A stretch of 64,000 nucleotides of DNA, from NCBI GenBank assembly GCA_026770705.1, contig JANJGN010000002.1, forward strand, positions 205,158,001 through 205,222,000, in the 5' to 3' direction. Under the pieces are notes generated by a model. The model had not been told where the DNA came from. It saw only the letters and a list, made by a program, of their open reading frames with translations, and searched no databases. The position numbers were made by a program, and so were the translations under genes. This DNA is from Isurus oxyrinchus (Eukaryota). Shown here piece after piece: positions 13,230-25,360 of this stretch (position 1 is its first letter; each line of letters starts with the position of its first letter).

Positions 13230-13900
13230 GTGGACGTCACCCATCCCCATCTTAAGGCCACTTATATTGTTCAACATATACTCTCCACCTCGCACCCTCC
13301 CCCCAGTCATGTATCTGAGTGCAACCTTCCCCACTCATAACCCTCAGTACCGCACTAGCCCTGCAGCCCCTTGTCCTGACTAAGGCCAGCTGCCTCCCCT
13401 TCCTGAGTGGAGCCCCAGCCCTGCAGCCCATTAAAAGCCATCCCTGTCTTACTGCTGGTGTGGTAGGTAGAGATTTGCCTGACAACCCCCTGAAAGGGAT
13501 GTGGTGCTGCCTGTGAAGCCTGACACTGATTTCTGCGAGCGCTGCTTAATGCAAAGTAGGCGAACTAGCCTCAAAGTGACAAGTGAAGTGCAAGTCGCCG
13601 GGTGCACGTCACTAATGTTCCGTTGTGAAACACGTCGTTCTAACTGCATGCTGACATGGCCTGATTGTCCAACGTGGGGGGATGATTCCGGAGAGCAGGG
13701 CTTATAATGAGATGCAAATGTATTAAAATGATATTCCCGAGGTGCCGCATGGGAAATGCAGCCTGCCATTGACGGATGGAGTGGACAACTGCAAACTAGT
13801 TTCCTGGCGATGTAACACCGATTTTTGGTCTTCTCACCATACTTTCCGCTCTTGCCCGGCATGATGCCCACCACAAACGAGGGCAAAAAAACCCAGGCCT
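13230..13900. repeat. Unclassified dispersed repeat, copy 2 (possibly a non-autonomous DNA transposon end)
   Basis: Same-orientation homology to 320-900. Ends in aaaacccaggcc, resembling the GGCC-type termini of other TIR elements in this window. Confidence 0.75.
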
Positions 13901-15229
13901 AAGACTACTTTTAACTCTGTATCAACTACCCTATGTTAGCAACACTGCTTCAAAGGAATATCTTAAAAGAAACTGCACTGACAAGTAATTTGCTATTGGA
14001 CAAAATGTATCTTGCAGGCACCTTGCAATCTCATGAATGGTATAAATTTGAAATTTAACATTTACCATCTTTTTTGCATATGGTGAATTTCTAGAAGTAT
14101 GTGTTTTCTATTTCAGAATTCTGACTGTTCTTTTTCCTTTTTGTTTTAAAGCAATATAAGCCTGTTCATTATGCTGAGTGCATATGTTCAATGTATATTT
14201 TGTGCGAATGTAATTAAAAAATGAATGACCTCACAGGCAGTAAGTATGTTTTTGATATGATTTTTTATTAGAGCAGGGCAAAGAAAGAAACAAACAAATA
14301 GCAGTGACGCAGACTTTGGGCAATCTGAGTGCAGTGGAGTGGTTCTTGGTTGGTTAGTATTCTGCAATGCAGCAGTTACTGGCCATTCAATTTTGTGTAG
14401 TGTGGTAGATTCTGGATGATCAATCCATGAGGTACTTTCTGACCAGTGAATCTGTCCACAATTTAATGTTGTGGAGCAGAGAACCCTTTTATACTACCTG
14501 AATACTTCATACTATCTTATCTTCACATACATGAATATTCCACAAGGAGGTCAATGACTTTTATAGTGATCATTTGGCACTACTTATAAAGCATAAAAAA
14601 TGACAATACATCTCAGAGCTTTCAAACAAACTTACATTTTTAAAAACATCATTATATGCGTTATATACAAACAAAGTGGCAGATACTGGAGAAGGGAACA
14701 AAGGTTGTAACCTAATATCAGAGTTTATATATCACATTAAGTTTAGTGAAATATTGTGGATGTGAATATATCAGTTTTCACTCCATATGCCTGTAGGCAA
14801 ATGTCATCACAACAATCAGTAACTTAACTGACTCAGTCTCAATAGAGTAAAACTATCAGCAGATGCTAAGGTACTAAATAAAATATAAAGAGAAAATGAA
14901 GGTTTTTTTACCTTTTACAGTTAACACATTGTAAAAAGATAACAGTGGATGCATAAGAGAGTTGATAACCCTAATATATTCCATAAATTATTTTTGAATA
15001 AACTGTACGTTAAATTATTTCCCTGCTATGCATTGTTTACAGAGCAGATATGGAGTTAATTTTGTTCAATAATAAAATGATTCATTTGAATTATTTATTT
15101 GTGGCGTGGATACCTACCAACAAGAAAGGTAATTCAATACAATCGTTATGTTATATAGGCATCTCTCACCTATCACCAAATGTTACCTTTAATGAATTAT
15201 TATGATGTTCATGCTGTTTTCCCCTTGAC

Positions 15230-16030
15230 AATTTTCTACCCTCCTCTCTGAAAGATAGCAACCCTTTACTGAAGTACACTTCTACCGCCACCAGTCATCT
15301 AGCAGAGTCTTACCCAATTGGCCATAATTCTTTGTGGGCCTCTAGTGACCAATGATAGGTTATTCAACTGCGCAATATTCACAAACTTGGAATGTCATAT
15401 TGAGTTTCCAATCACATGTCCATGCCATCACTAAGGCTATCTATTTCCAGCTCCATAATATCATCTCACTGCATTCCTGGCTCATCCGCTGCTGTGAGCC
15501 TCATGTCAGCCTTTGTTACCTCCAGGCTTGACTATTCCAATGCGCTCCTGGCTGGAAACCCAAATTCTGTAAACTTGAGGCCAAAAAACTCTGCTGCCTT
15601 TGTTCTAACACCGAGTTTCTCCACCTCTCTTCCTCTCTTCTCCTTTTGGACACTCTTTAAAACTTACCTCTTTGACAAAGCTTTTGATCATTTGCCCTAA
15701 TCTCTTCTTTTGTGGCTCAGTTTCAAATATTGTTTGGTAACGCTCCTATGAATCACTTTGGAATACTTTACTACTTCCAAGGTGCCATATAAATCCAAGT
15801 TGTTGTTGTTGATGCATCACAGTCAATCCTGTCTCCCCTCACCTGATGCCAGCATATGCATTCAGCATATGTCGCAGGAGAGCAATCAGCGGTTTTCCCT
15901 TTCCTAGCACAAGAATGCTGAGGCCAATGCTAATTGTAGCATTCCTATCACTACCCTAGCTCAGGTCTGCTAATTCACGAACAACCCGGGTTTAAACATT
16001 GTTGTCTCATAGCCTCAGCTATTCTTAGAG
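15230..16030 (-). mobile_element. SacSINE1/DeuSINE-like SINE interrupted by an L2 fragment
   Basis: Shares ctgaggccaat..tgta and neighbouring blocks with 21975-22345. Resembles the recalled shark SacSINE1 consensus. Confidence 0.6.
15400..15812 (+). mobile_element. L2 LINE 3' fragment with internal deletion
   Basis: AFVTSRLDYSNALLAG...FKTYLFDKAF and (GTT)n tail. Homologous to 1090-1675. Confidence 0.88.
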
Positions 16031-16729
16031 CCGTTGGTGGGGCTTACAATCTTTATATGAGATGGCTTCATGCTGGTGGCCTCGCACCACAATTGTATTA
16101 TTACTTATACACCAATTCAGAAACTGCAGTGCAACTGGCCTATTAAGTTCATAGCACCAAATCAGCTTCGTTAAATAGATCATGAGGCTGGAATGAGCAT
16201 TTACTTCCACATTAAAAGATAAAAATTAGAATAGACTGCTAAATTCACATTCATAAAGCCCATAAATAAACCAAATTGCCAAACTGGGGAAGCAGTATGC
16301 TTGCAATATTTCCAAGTTGTAGTCTGGTGGCACTTATTTAATTGGATGAGATTCAGCAAAATATTTGTAGAGAACATCTAAATTGCTGAATAGTGAAGGA
16401 GAATTATCACTACTACTACTTTTCATCTTTCAGCATTATATCTCAATATATAGTAAAAAATCAACAGTAATGCTTATATAACTTACCACACTGGCAACCA
16501 TGTAACGGCCTATAAACATAAAGCATATTCCAATTTTCTCACCTGCCCCACCTCTCCTTTTCTTACAATTATTGTGCAATGAAAAAGGACTAATTAATAA
16601 CCTTGTTGTAAAGGAGCCTTAGGAAAGACTGACCATAAAATGACTGAATTTTACATTAAGTTTGAAAGTGATGTAGTTCAGTCAGAGACTAGTGTCTTAA
16701 ATCTAAACAAAGGAAACTATGAGGGGCAA

Positions 16730-17140
16730 ATCAGCCATTCATCTCACAGGCCTTTAGGGGAATAGCAGCAGTGTGTACCATCTACAAGAACCATTGCTGC
16801 AGCTCGCCATGGCTTCTTCAACATCACCTTCCAAACCCAGAACCTCTACCACCTAGAAGAATAAGGGCAGCAGGTGCATGGTAATATCACCACATACAAG
16901 TCCACTTTCAAGTCACGCACCATTATGACTTGGAACTATATTGCCATTCCTTCATTGTTAAGTCAAAATGTTGGAATTCTGAATTCTCTCCCTATCAGCA
17001 CTGTGGGTATACCTACACCACTTGGACTGCAGGTGTTCAAGAAGGCAATACATTACCATTTGCACAATGAAAATTAGGAATGGCTGATAAATGCTAGGCT
17101 TGCCAGCGATTCCCACATCCTATGAATGAATGAAAATGAA
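16730..17140 (+). mobile_element. LINE 3'-end fragment, same family as 2556-4092
   Basis: gcagtgtgtaccatctacaag...acttggaactatat...ataaatgctaggcttgccagcg...atgaatgaatgaa is the reverse complement of about 2560-2930. Confidence 0.88.
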
Positions 17141-17219
17141 TATATTCCTTTCATTTGATTGAGCTGGTGCTGCAGCAGACTTTGTGGTTACTATATGGGA
17201 ATTTATCTCTGTATTAAGC

Positions 17220-18215
17220 ATGCTAAAATCTCAAAATTGCTGTGAAGAGGGGCATGTTACTAAAATTTTTGTCTTGCATTCATCAGGACAAAACAATAAT
17301 GCCAAATTTCAAGTGATCAGAACAATTTAAGCTATAGGAAAAAGTGTGCTGATTGGTTGACAAGTCAACTCTGATTGGCCAAGATGTTGGCTTGGCAAAC
17401 TTGAGGGGAGCTATAGGCTTCCCAAGCTCCTGGGTAATTCAAAAAAGGCACAAAGCTTGAACATATTCCTTTTGTAGAGAATGCATATGAGTGTATTTCC
17501 CTTCTAAATGAGCCACATTATGAACTTGATTGATTATCTGTAATTGGTTGTTAATGTAGCTATGAGTGCACTCAGGATTGTTCAGCAAGTGCTGCCCAAT
17601 CACGGAATCACATCTAGCAGTAGATGTTTTATTTTGGGCTTGCAAATGCAGACTGGTTGATTACAGCCTGCGCTCTGCTTATTGCAAACAACTGAAGGAA
17701 CAGGCTATTTGATTCGATCGGCCAATTGTTGGGAAGTATGGCCCGCATACCCAGCATTGCACCAACACGGAAATTCATATACGACATTGCTCAATTGTTT
17801 GGTAGGCACAATGTCTTTTTAGACTGTCGGTAGTATCCCGTTAGTGGAAATACTACTCGCTTAGCCATTGCATTGTTCCAATGTGAGATAGCTTGCTTGC
17901 TGTTCAAATTTCTGAGATACTTGCCTTTCCAGGGTAATTTGAGGTAGACTGGGCACTTTTCAGGTCTGAAAGTGGCGGCCTTTGGCCCATTTGCAAGTAT
18001 GCGTAATACACAGTGAACATTGATCTGACTAGGATAGCCATTGTCTGGCAGGATAGCTTTAATGTGCTCTCTTTCTGTGCCAGGCTCGCAAGGTGAGCAA
18101 ATGGCTAGGGCCCTATTTACAAGTTTGCTGATAAGGTCAATCTCTTATAGCACGTGGAGCTATATGAATCCCAAAGTTTATAATGATCGATGAAGGTAGG
18201 TTATTCAAATCTCAA
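17220..18215 (-). mobile_element. Penelope-like element remnant (RT C-terminus plus GIY-YIG region)
   Basis: WDSYSSTCYK...LVNRALAICSP near 18070-18175; DSVIGQHLLNNPEC...QII near 17520-17610. Confidence 0.8.
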
Positions 18216-18439
18216 AATCCATAGGATGCCGGTGCCTCTTTGCGAATCCTCCAAAGGAAGGTATCTGGTGCTTGTGCACTCCTGAAATACGTGGAGGATA
18301 CTTCTTAGAAGAAATATGAAAGATGTGAGATTTATTTTAACCATGGGCATTTAGAGACTTTATTGTTTAGCAAGTATCTTATGGAGAAACCCTTTGCTTT
18401 CCTTCATTTTAACAGTGTAATTAATAGCCATCAGTAATT

Positions 18440-18920
18440 CCAGACCTTTTGTAGATTATTGTGTCCAAATCCAGACACCATACTTGAAGGACGTGAAGGC
18501 CTTGGTGAGGGTACAGAAGAAATCTGCTAGAATAGTTCCAGGGTTGAGGGAATTAGAGTTAGGTGGATAGATTGGTGAAGCTAGGGTGGTTTTTCAAGCA
18601 GAGAAGCTAAGAGGAGATTTGACACAGGTGTTTAAAATCATGAAAGATTTGGATGGAGCAAATAAAGGGAAACTACTTCTAGTAGCTGCAGGATCGATAA
18701 CAAGAAGGCACAGATTCAAGGTGATTGGCAAAAGAACTAGAGGCACATGAGGAAAAGCATTTTCTCCCCAAACTGAATGGTTAAGATTTGGAATGCACTG
18801 CTTGAAAGGGTTATGGATACAGATTCAAAGGGGAGCTGGGTCAATACTTGGAGGAGAAAAAAATGCAAGGATATGGGGAAGGATCGGGAGAGTGGAATTA
18901 ACTGGACTGCTGTGCAAAAC
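18440..18920 (+). mobile_element. CR1 3' fragment
   Basis: RRLRGDL..VFKIMK, TRRHRFKVIGKR and KIWNAL remnants. Confidence 0.88.
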
Positions 18921-18929
18921 AATTGCACA

Positions 18930-19935
18930 GTTGTCTGAAATGGTGTTCCACAGGGCTCAATGTTGGGACCCTTGCTGTTTGTGTTATATATTAAAGATTT
19001 GCACATGAAGATGGAGGACACGACTGGACACGAAGATTGGCTGAGTAGTGGATAGTGTAGAGGACAGCCATAATCTCCAAAACTATATAGATGGGTTGGT
19101 GGAGTGGGCGGTAAAGTGGCAGATGGATTTTAACATAGAGAAATGTGAAAGTCATATGTTTAGGGAGGTCAAACAGTTACAGGGATTATGCAATAAATGG
19201 GAATATACTAAGAGGAGTAGATGAAGTGAGAGATCTTGGCATACAATGCACAGGTCCCTGAAGGCAGCAGTTCAAATAGACAAGGTTGTAAAGCATATGG
19301 AATGCTCTCCTTCATTGGCAGAGGTATAGAATATAAAAGTAAGGATATAATGTTGGAATTGTATAAAACACTGGTGAGGCCACAACTGAAGTATTGTGTG
19401 CAGTTCTGGTCACCACATTACATGAAGGACGTAACAGCTCTGGAGAGAGTGCAGAGGAGGTTTACAAGAATGTTGCCAGGGTTAGAAAAGTGTAGCTACG
19501 AGGAGAGATTGGATAGTTTGGGGTTATTTTCCTTAGAACAAAGAAGGCTGAGAGGTGACTTAATTGAGGTGTACAAAATTATGAGGGGAATAGAGTGGAC
19601 AGGATAAAATTGTTTCCCTTGATGGAGAATTCTAGAACCAGGGGACATAGATTCAAGATAAGTGGCAGAAGGTGTATGGGGGACATGAGGAAGAACTTTT
19701 TTACGCAGAGGGTAGTGGGTGTCTGGAATTCGCTGCCCAAGTTGGTGGTAGAGGCAGAAACTTTAAACTCTTTTAAAAAGTACCTGGATCTGCACCTAAA
19801 GTGCTGTAAACTGCAGGGCTATGGGCCAGGTGCAGGAAGGTGGGATTAGAAAGGGCACCTGGGTGTCCTGGGGCTGGCATGGACAAGATGGGCTGAATGG
19901 CCTCCTTCTGTGCTGTAACTTTTCCATGGTTCTTT
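18930..19935 (+). mobile_element. Relatively young CR1 3' fragment
   Basis: LELYKTLVRPQLKYCVQFWSPHY...ERVQRRFTRMLPGL...RRLRGDLIEVYKIMRG; RTRGHRFKI...FFTQRVVGVWNSLP. Frameshifted. Confidence 0.95.
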
Positions 19936-19949
19936 TCTAAGTTGGCAAT

Positions 19950-21970
19950 GGTAGATTGGGAAACAATGTTAAAAGGTAGACAGGCAAAGGCTAATATTTA
20001 AAGAAAATACATTCCTTTAATGCACAAAAACCCAGCAAGGAAAGTGTTCCAACCGCAGCTAATGAAAGAAATCAAGGATTGCACTCGATCAAGGGAAGAG
20101 GCGCATAAAGTTGCCAAAAAAATGGTAAGCCTGAAGATTGGGAGCATTTTAGAATTCTGCAAAGGACGATCAAGAAAAAGATAAAGAAAGGGAAAATAGA
20201 ATTTGAGAGTAAACTATTGAGAAATAAACAAGAACTGTAAAAGATTTTATAGGAATGTAAAAAGAAAAAGATTAGCAAAAACAAATATGGGTCCATTACA
20301 AGTGGAGCCAAGAGAATTTATAACGGGGAATAAGAAAATGGCAGAGAAACAAATACTCCGTATCCGTCTTCACAGAGGAAAATACTAAAAACCGACCACA
20401 AATAATGGCGAATCAAGGGACTAAAGTAAATGAAGGACTGCAAAATATTAGTATTAGTAAAAAAGTATTACTAGAGAAATTAATGGGACTTAAAGCAAAT
20501 AAATCCTCTGGACCTGATGATCTACATTCCAGAGTAGAGGCGGCTGCAGAGATAATAGATGCATTGGTGGTCATCTTTCAACATTCCATAGATTCTGGAA
20601 TGGCTCCTGCAGATTGAAAGGTGGTGAATGTAACCTCGCTATTAAAGAAAGGAAGGAGAGAGAAAACGGGAAATTACAGGCTGGTTGCCTGACATCAATA
20701 GTCAGGAAAAAGCTAGAATCTTTAATAAAGAATGTGATAACAGGACACTTATTAAATATTGGTAGGATTGGGCAGGGTCAACATGGATTTATGGAAGGGA
20801 AATCATGTTTAACAAACCTGTTGGAGTTTTTTGGGGATGTGACTAGCAGGATACATAAGGTGGAACTGGTAGTTGTGGTATATTTAGATTTTCAGAAAGC
20901 TTTTGATAAGGTCCCACTCAAGAGGTTAGGAAACAAAATTATATAACATGGGACTGGATGTAATATACTGGCATGAATTGAGAACTGGTTAATGAACAGG
21001 AAACAAGAGAGTAGGAATAAATAGGTCATTTTCAGGTTGGCAGGCTGTAACGAGTGGTCTACTGCAAGGATCAGTGCTTGGGACCCAGCTATTCACAATC
21101 CAAATCAATGATTTGGATACGGGATTAAATGTAATATTTCCAACTTTGCAGACGACACAAAACTAGGTGGAAGTAGAAGTTGAGAAAAGGATGCAAAGAC
21201 GTTTCAAGGGGATTTGGAGAGGCTAAGCAATGGTGAGAGACTGGGAAGTATTGAACTTCAAAGGGACTTGGGTGTCCTTGCTCATGAGTTACTGAAAGCT
21301 AACATACAGGTAGACCAAGCAATTAAGAAGGAAAAATGGTTTGTTGGCCTTTATTACAAGAGGATTTGAGTACAGGAGTAAAGATGCCTTATTGCAATTA
21401 TATAGAGCTTTGGTGAGACCACACCTTTGGTATTGTGTGCAATTTTGGTCTCCTTACCTAAGGGACGATATTCTTGCCAAAGAGGAAGTGCAAGGAAGGT
21501 TCACTAAATTAATTCCTGGGATGGAGGGATTATCCTATGAGGAGAGCTTAAACAGACTGGGCCTTTATTCTTTGGAATTTAGAAGAATAAGTGGTGATGT
21601 TATTCAAATGTACAAAGATTAACAGGGTATATGCAAGAAGGATGTTTCCCTTGGCAGGGGGATATAGAACCAGGGGACACAGTCTCAGAATAAGGGGCAG
21701 GCCATTTAGGATTGAGATGAGGAGGAATTTCTTTATTCAGAGGGCGGTAAGTCTTTGGAATTCACTGCCCAGAGGGCTGTGGAGGCTCAGTTGCTGAGTA
21801 CGTTCAAGGCTGAAGTTGATAGATTTCTACATATAGCAAATATCAAACGATACTGAGATGGTGCAGAAAAATGGTGTTGAGGGAGGAGATCAGCCATGAT
21901 TTCATTGAATGGTGGAGCGGGCTCGAAGGACTGAATGGCCTACTCCTGCTCCTATTTCTTATGTTCTTAC
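19950..21970 (+). mobile_element. CR1 ORF2 remnant with internal deletions and 3'UTR
   Basis: KSSGPDDLH, QHGFMEGKSCLTNLLEFF, VYLDFQKAFDKVP, QGSVLGPQLF, FADDTKLG, LYRALVRPHL. Tail ttcttatgttctta. Confidence 0.95.
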
Positions 21971-21974
21971 AGGA

Positions 21975-22345
21975 TCAACATGCATGGAAGTACAGTTCTA
22001 TGAGCAGTAGTCGAGCTCTGCACCCAGTAATCATTCTTCTTGTGTAAATCTAAACAGTCAGCGTTGACAGCTATTCAAATGTCAGGGCACCACAGGCAAA
22101 TCTGATTCTGTCATCAGCAAGTGTGCACAAATGTACATGTTACAGCAGGAATCATTAGATAGCAATAAGGAGAGGGATTTCAGGCTGATTTTACCCTTGG
22201 TGGCCAAGAGAACTGAGGCCAATTGTACCAAAAATCCCAGTTGCGATTACATAATTTATTATAAACCAGGGATCAAAGCTTGAAGCTTACTGGTCTGAAT
22301 GGCTCAATGCCAGGGTCAGGCAGTGCAGTTATCCAATAGGCCATG
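21975..22345 (-). mobile_element. SacSINE1/DeuSINE-like SINE
   Basis: Homologous to the pieces at 15230-16030. tRNA-like head at the high-coordinate end (aaccagggatcaa...). Confidence 0.6.
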
Positions 22346-22659
22346 AAGAAATTAAAAGCAGCTATCCGTGCATAAACAGGACACAGTATTATTTACAATT
22401 ATGCTTCTAAAGGGTAAAAGTTCCTTAAAATGGCCAGAATCCATTCAAATTATGCCACTATTTGCCATGTTACAAATTTGTACTAGATTTTTGCATCATT
22501 CGTTTTTTGTATCAATATTTTTTAGGTTCTACTATTTAGGATAAAAGTCAGAATAAAGACTGACAAGGAGTTGGTTTTACTAAAAGAATAAACAATGTTC
22601 CTTTTTTGAAATACAAATCTTTATGCTACACATGTACCTGTAAAATATATCAAATTTTC

Positions 22660-23330
22660 TTGGCCTGGGGGTATATATGCACAAATCATTGAAGGTGGCA
22701 GGGCAGCTTAAGATCATGGTTAAAAAGGCATTTGGGCTTTGTAAGTAGAGGTGTAGAGTACAAAAGCACAGATGTTATGAGGAACCTTTATAAAACGTTG
22801 GTTCAGCTTCAGCCAGGATACTGTATCCAGTTTTGAGTACCACAATTTTGAAAGGACATGAAGACTTTAGGGAGGGTGCACAGAAGATTTACAAGAATGA
22901 AGTCCCTCATCCTTGCAACCAGTTATGAGGATAGATAGTCATGAGGAGAATCTGGGGTTGTTCTCCTTTGAGAAGGTTGTGAGGAAATTTGATTGAAGTG
23001 TTCAAATCATGATGGGTTCTGACAGAGCAGATAGGGTGAGACTGGTCCCATTGGTGGAAGGGTCAAGAACTAGAGGACACTGATTTAAGGTAAATGGCAA
23101 AAGAAAGATTGCAGCATGAGGAAAAACTTTACTTACACAGTGAATGGTTATGAATATGGAGGAGGTGGATATAATTGTGGCTTTTTAGAGGGAATTGGAT
23201 AAGCATCTGAAGAGAAACAATTTACATGGCTACAGGGAAAAGGTGGGGGAGAGTAATTATCTGAGTTGCTCTTGCAGAGAGCTAGCATAGAGACAATTGA
23301 CTGAATGTCCTCATGTGCTATAACCTATAC
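22660..23330 (+). mobile_element. CR1 3' fragment, last large TE before the TE-poor domain
   Basis: EYKSTDVMRNLYKTLVQLQPGYCIQF, RTRGH.FKVNGKR and 3' tail ctgaatgtcctc..gtgctataa. Confidence 0.88.
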
Positions 23331-24629
23331 CCACTTGTTCAGTTATAACTAGAATAGTTTTGTATTAATAATTATTTCTAAAAAATGGTAAAACATTTTA
23401 GGCTGAGAAAAGTTAAATTCAAAGTTTTACAGTTTTTTTTTAAATTGTATATATGTTTTGACAACGTAAAATTGCTCTTTAAGAATATGTTCTTCATATA
23501 AAGTACATGATAAACTTTATCACCTTCAGCAATGATATCGCACACCATTATATAATATAATATAATTCTGACCATCACACTGTCATGAAGACTCTTTTAA
23601 TCCTGCTTCATTCTCTTGGAGGCAAAGCAAGATTCTGTTCACCTTCAATACTGGCCATCAGACCAGACCAGGAACAGGTACTTTGTGGGAAAAAAACATA
23701 GATTGTAAAGCCACCAAAATAGTTTTCCTTCAACTTAACGAAAAGACAAACACAAAGTACTATTTGTCCAGAAATCAAAATGTGACTGTAACTGGGGCTT
23801 GACAAAGCTGCACCTTTTCCAAGATCACGTGAGCCCACCTTCCCCTTTCTCCCTTCAAAAGCTTCGAGGCTGCCCAAAACACTTAATGTAAATCTGTCTT
23901 GCCCAGCTAAATCCCCGGCTATGTTGGCTGCCATGCCTCTGCTAGACAGGGTCACGGGGGTCAAAATCGATTTCACAGGCCACCTGGAGAGCCCAGGCCG
24001 TGAACTGACTCAGACAATTTTTGTCAGAGCTCTGGCGGCCTTACCTCCCAGGGCTAGCCCCGGCTCGGCCTGCCACTGCGACTCGTGGATATTAGGTGGC
24101 AAAGCTATCGCAGGAAGAGGCCAGAGTTGTTGACCCTGTTGCCTGACCCCTTCAAACTTCAGCACAATTTTTCTGGCAGTTACCGTGGTGACTGGGCACC
24201 CCAAGCTTATCCTAGTTACCACAATAAAAAAAAACACAGGAGAAAAGATTTTTTTTTTGTTTTTGCAACCTACCGTGTGGTAATGATTCTGAGCAGCAAC
24301 TTAGGCTGCTCTCCCCTCGCCAGCGTCATCCCCAATACTGTCTCCAGCAGCTGCTTTCTCGTAAATCCAGTAAAGTAACCAGATGATTTGATGCTATGCC
24401 CGACTTTTATGTTCATTTATATTAATAAACGTCACTGCATAAAGTGAAGGCATCTCCAGTTAAAGTTTCCTCAATGCTGAGTGGAACCTGCCCCTTCCAG
24501 CACCAGCTGACACACACCTGCTTATACGTACATTCTTTACAATGACATAAGACATAGCAGGAGAGACAAAAGAAAAGTGTGTGCAAGGAGGTAAACAATC
24601 ACACTCTTACATATGAGAAGCGTAATTAG

Positions 24630-25360
24630 CAGAGTTTCGACCAAAGTGAATTTTATTCCTAAAAGAATTCTAAATGGGGAACGCATTTTCTGCAATTTGA
24701 GTGTGAGGAGACTTTGTGCTACTTCTTAATTAGTTTGTTGTTGCATTAAGTGCAGCAAAGTACTTTGAATTGTCAAGTTCAAAGGTGGTTTGGGGCCATA
24801 ATAGTCCTGCCCGTTCCCTGATGACCAAGATCTGAGACTGATGAGTTTTGCCTGCTGTCCTGCAAGCTTTGCACCGAATGATAATGGATCGGGCAGTTAA
24901 GAAATGACTGCAGGCTCCTGATGGTTATCTGTCCCTTCCGTGGACAATGCAGTCGTACAGTGGATATGATCCCGCACATCTTGGTTGTTGCCATTGAACT
25001 GTCCATCAGATCAATTCGGGCTTTCACGTTAGCCTTTCTTCTCTCCATTGCTTTTTCCATTTGAGATTCCCATCCTTTTCCGTGTGTGTGTGTGTGTGTG
25101 TGTGTGTTTTTAGCATGTTTTATGTCCTCGAGGCACTTTTTCATGTCCTGGTAATTTGACGAGGCACACTTCAGACTTAAAGTCCAATTGCCTTTCCAAC
25201 ATAAAATTACATTTCACTAGCTTCCTTCCTTGTTGGTGGTTGGAACGACTCAGATAAATGATAAGATTTTATTTGTTATTCAAGTGGCACATCTTTCAGT
25301 CTAAAAATCACCTGCATTCGAGATGGAGCTACTGCCACGATTGAAAGTGGGCGCACATAC
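24630..25360 (-). ncRNA. Candidate Sox2ot 3'/terminal exon
   Basis: Long pyrimidine-rich tract on minus strand (about 25365-25500) ending in AG at 25361-25362. AATAAA at 25268-25273 and 24652-24657. Unique sequence; the exon could extend further toward 23.4 kb. Confidence 0.3.
25082..25107. repeat. (GT)n microsatellite
   Basis: Direct reading. Confidence 0.97.

Noticed and set aside
19236-21797. RT-like ORFs as a functional retroelement or host gene
   Set aside because: Frameshifts, stops and deletions show these are dead CR1 copies.
24779-25144. 121 aa minus-strand ORF
   Set aside because: Runs through a (CA)n microsatellite (HTHTHT) and has no recognisable homology.
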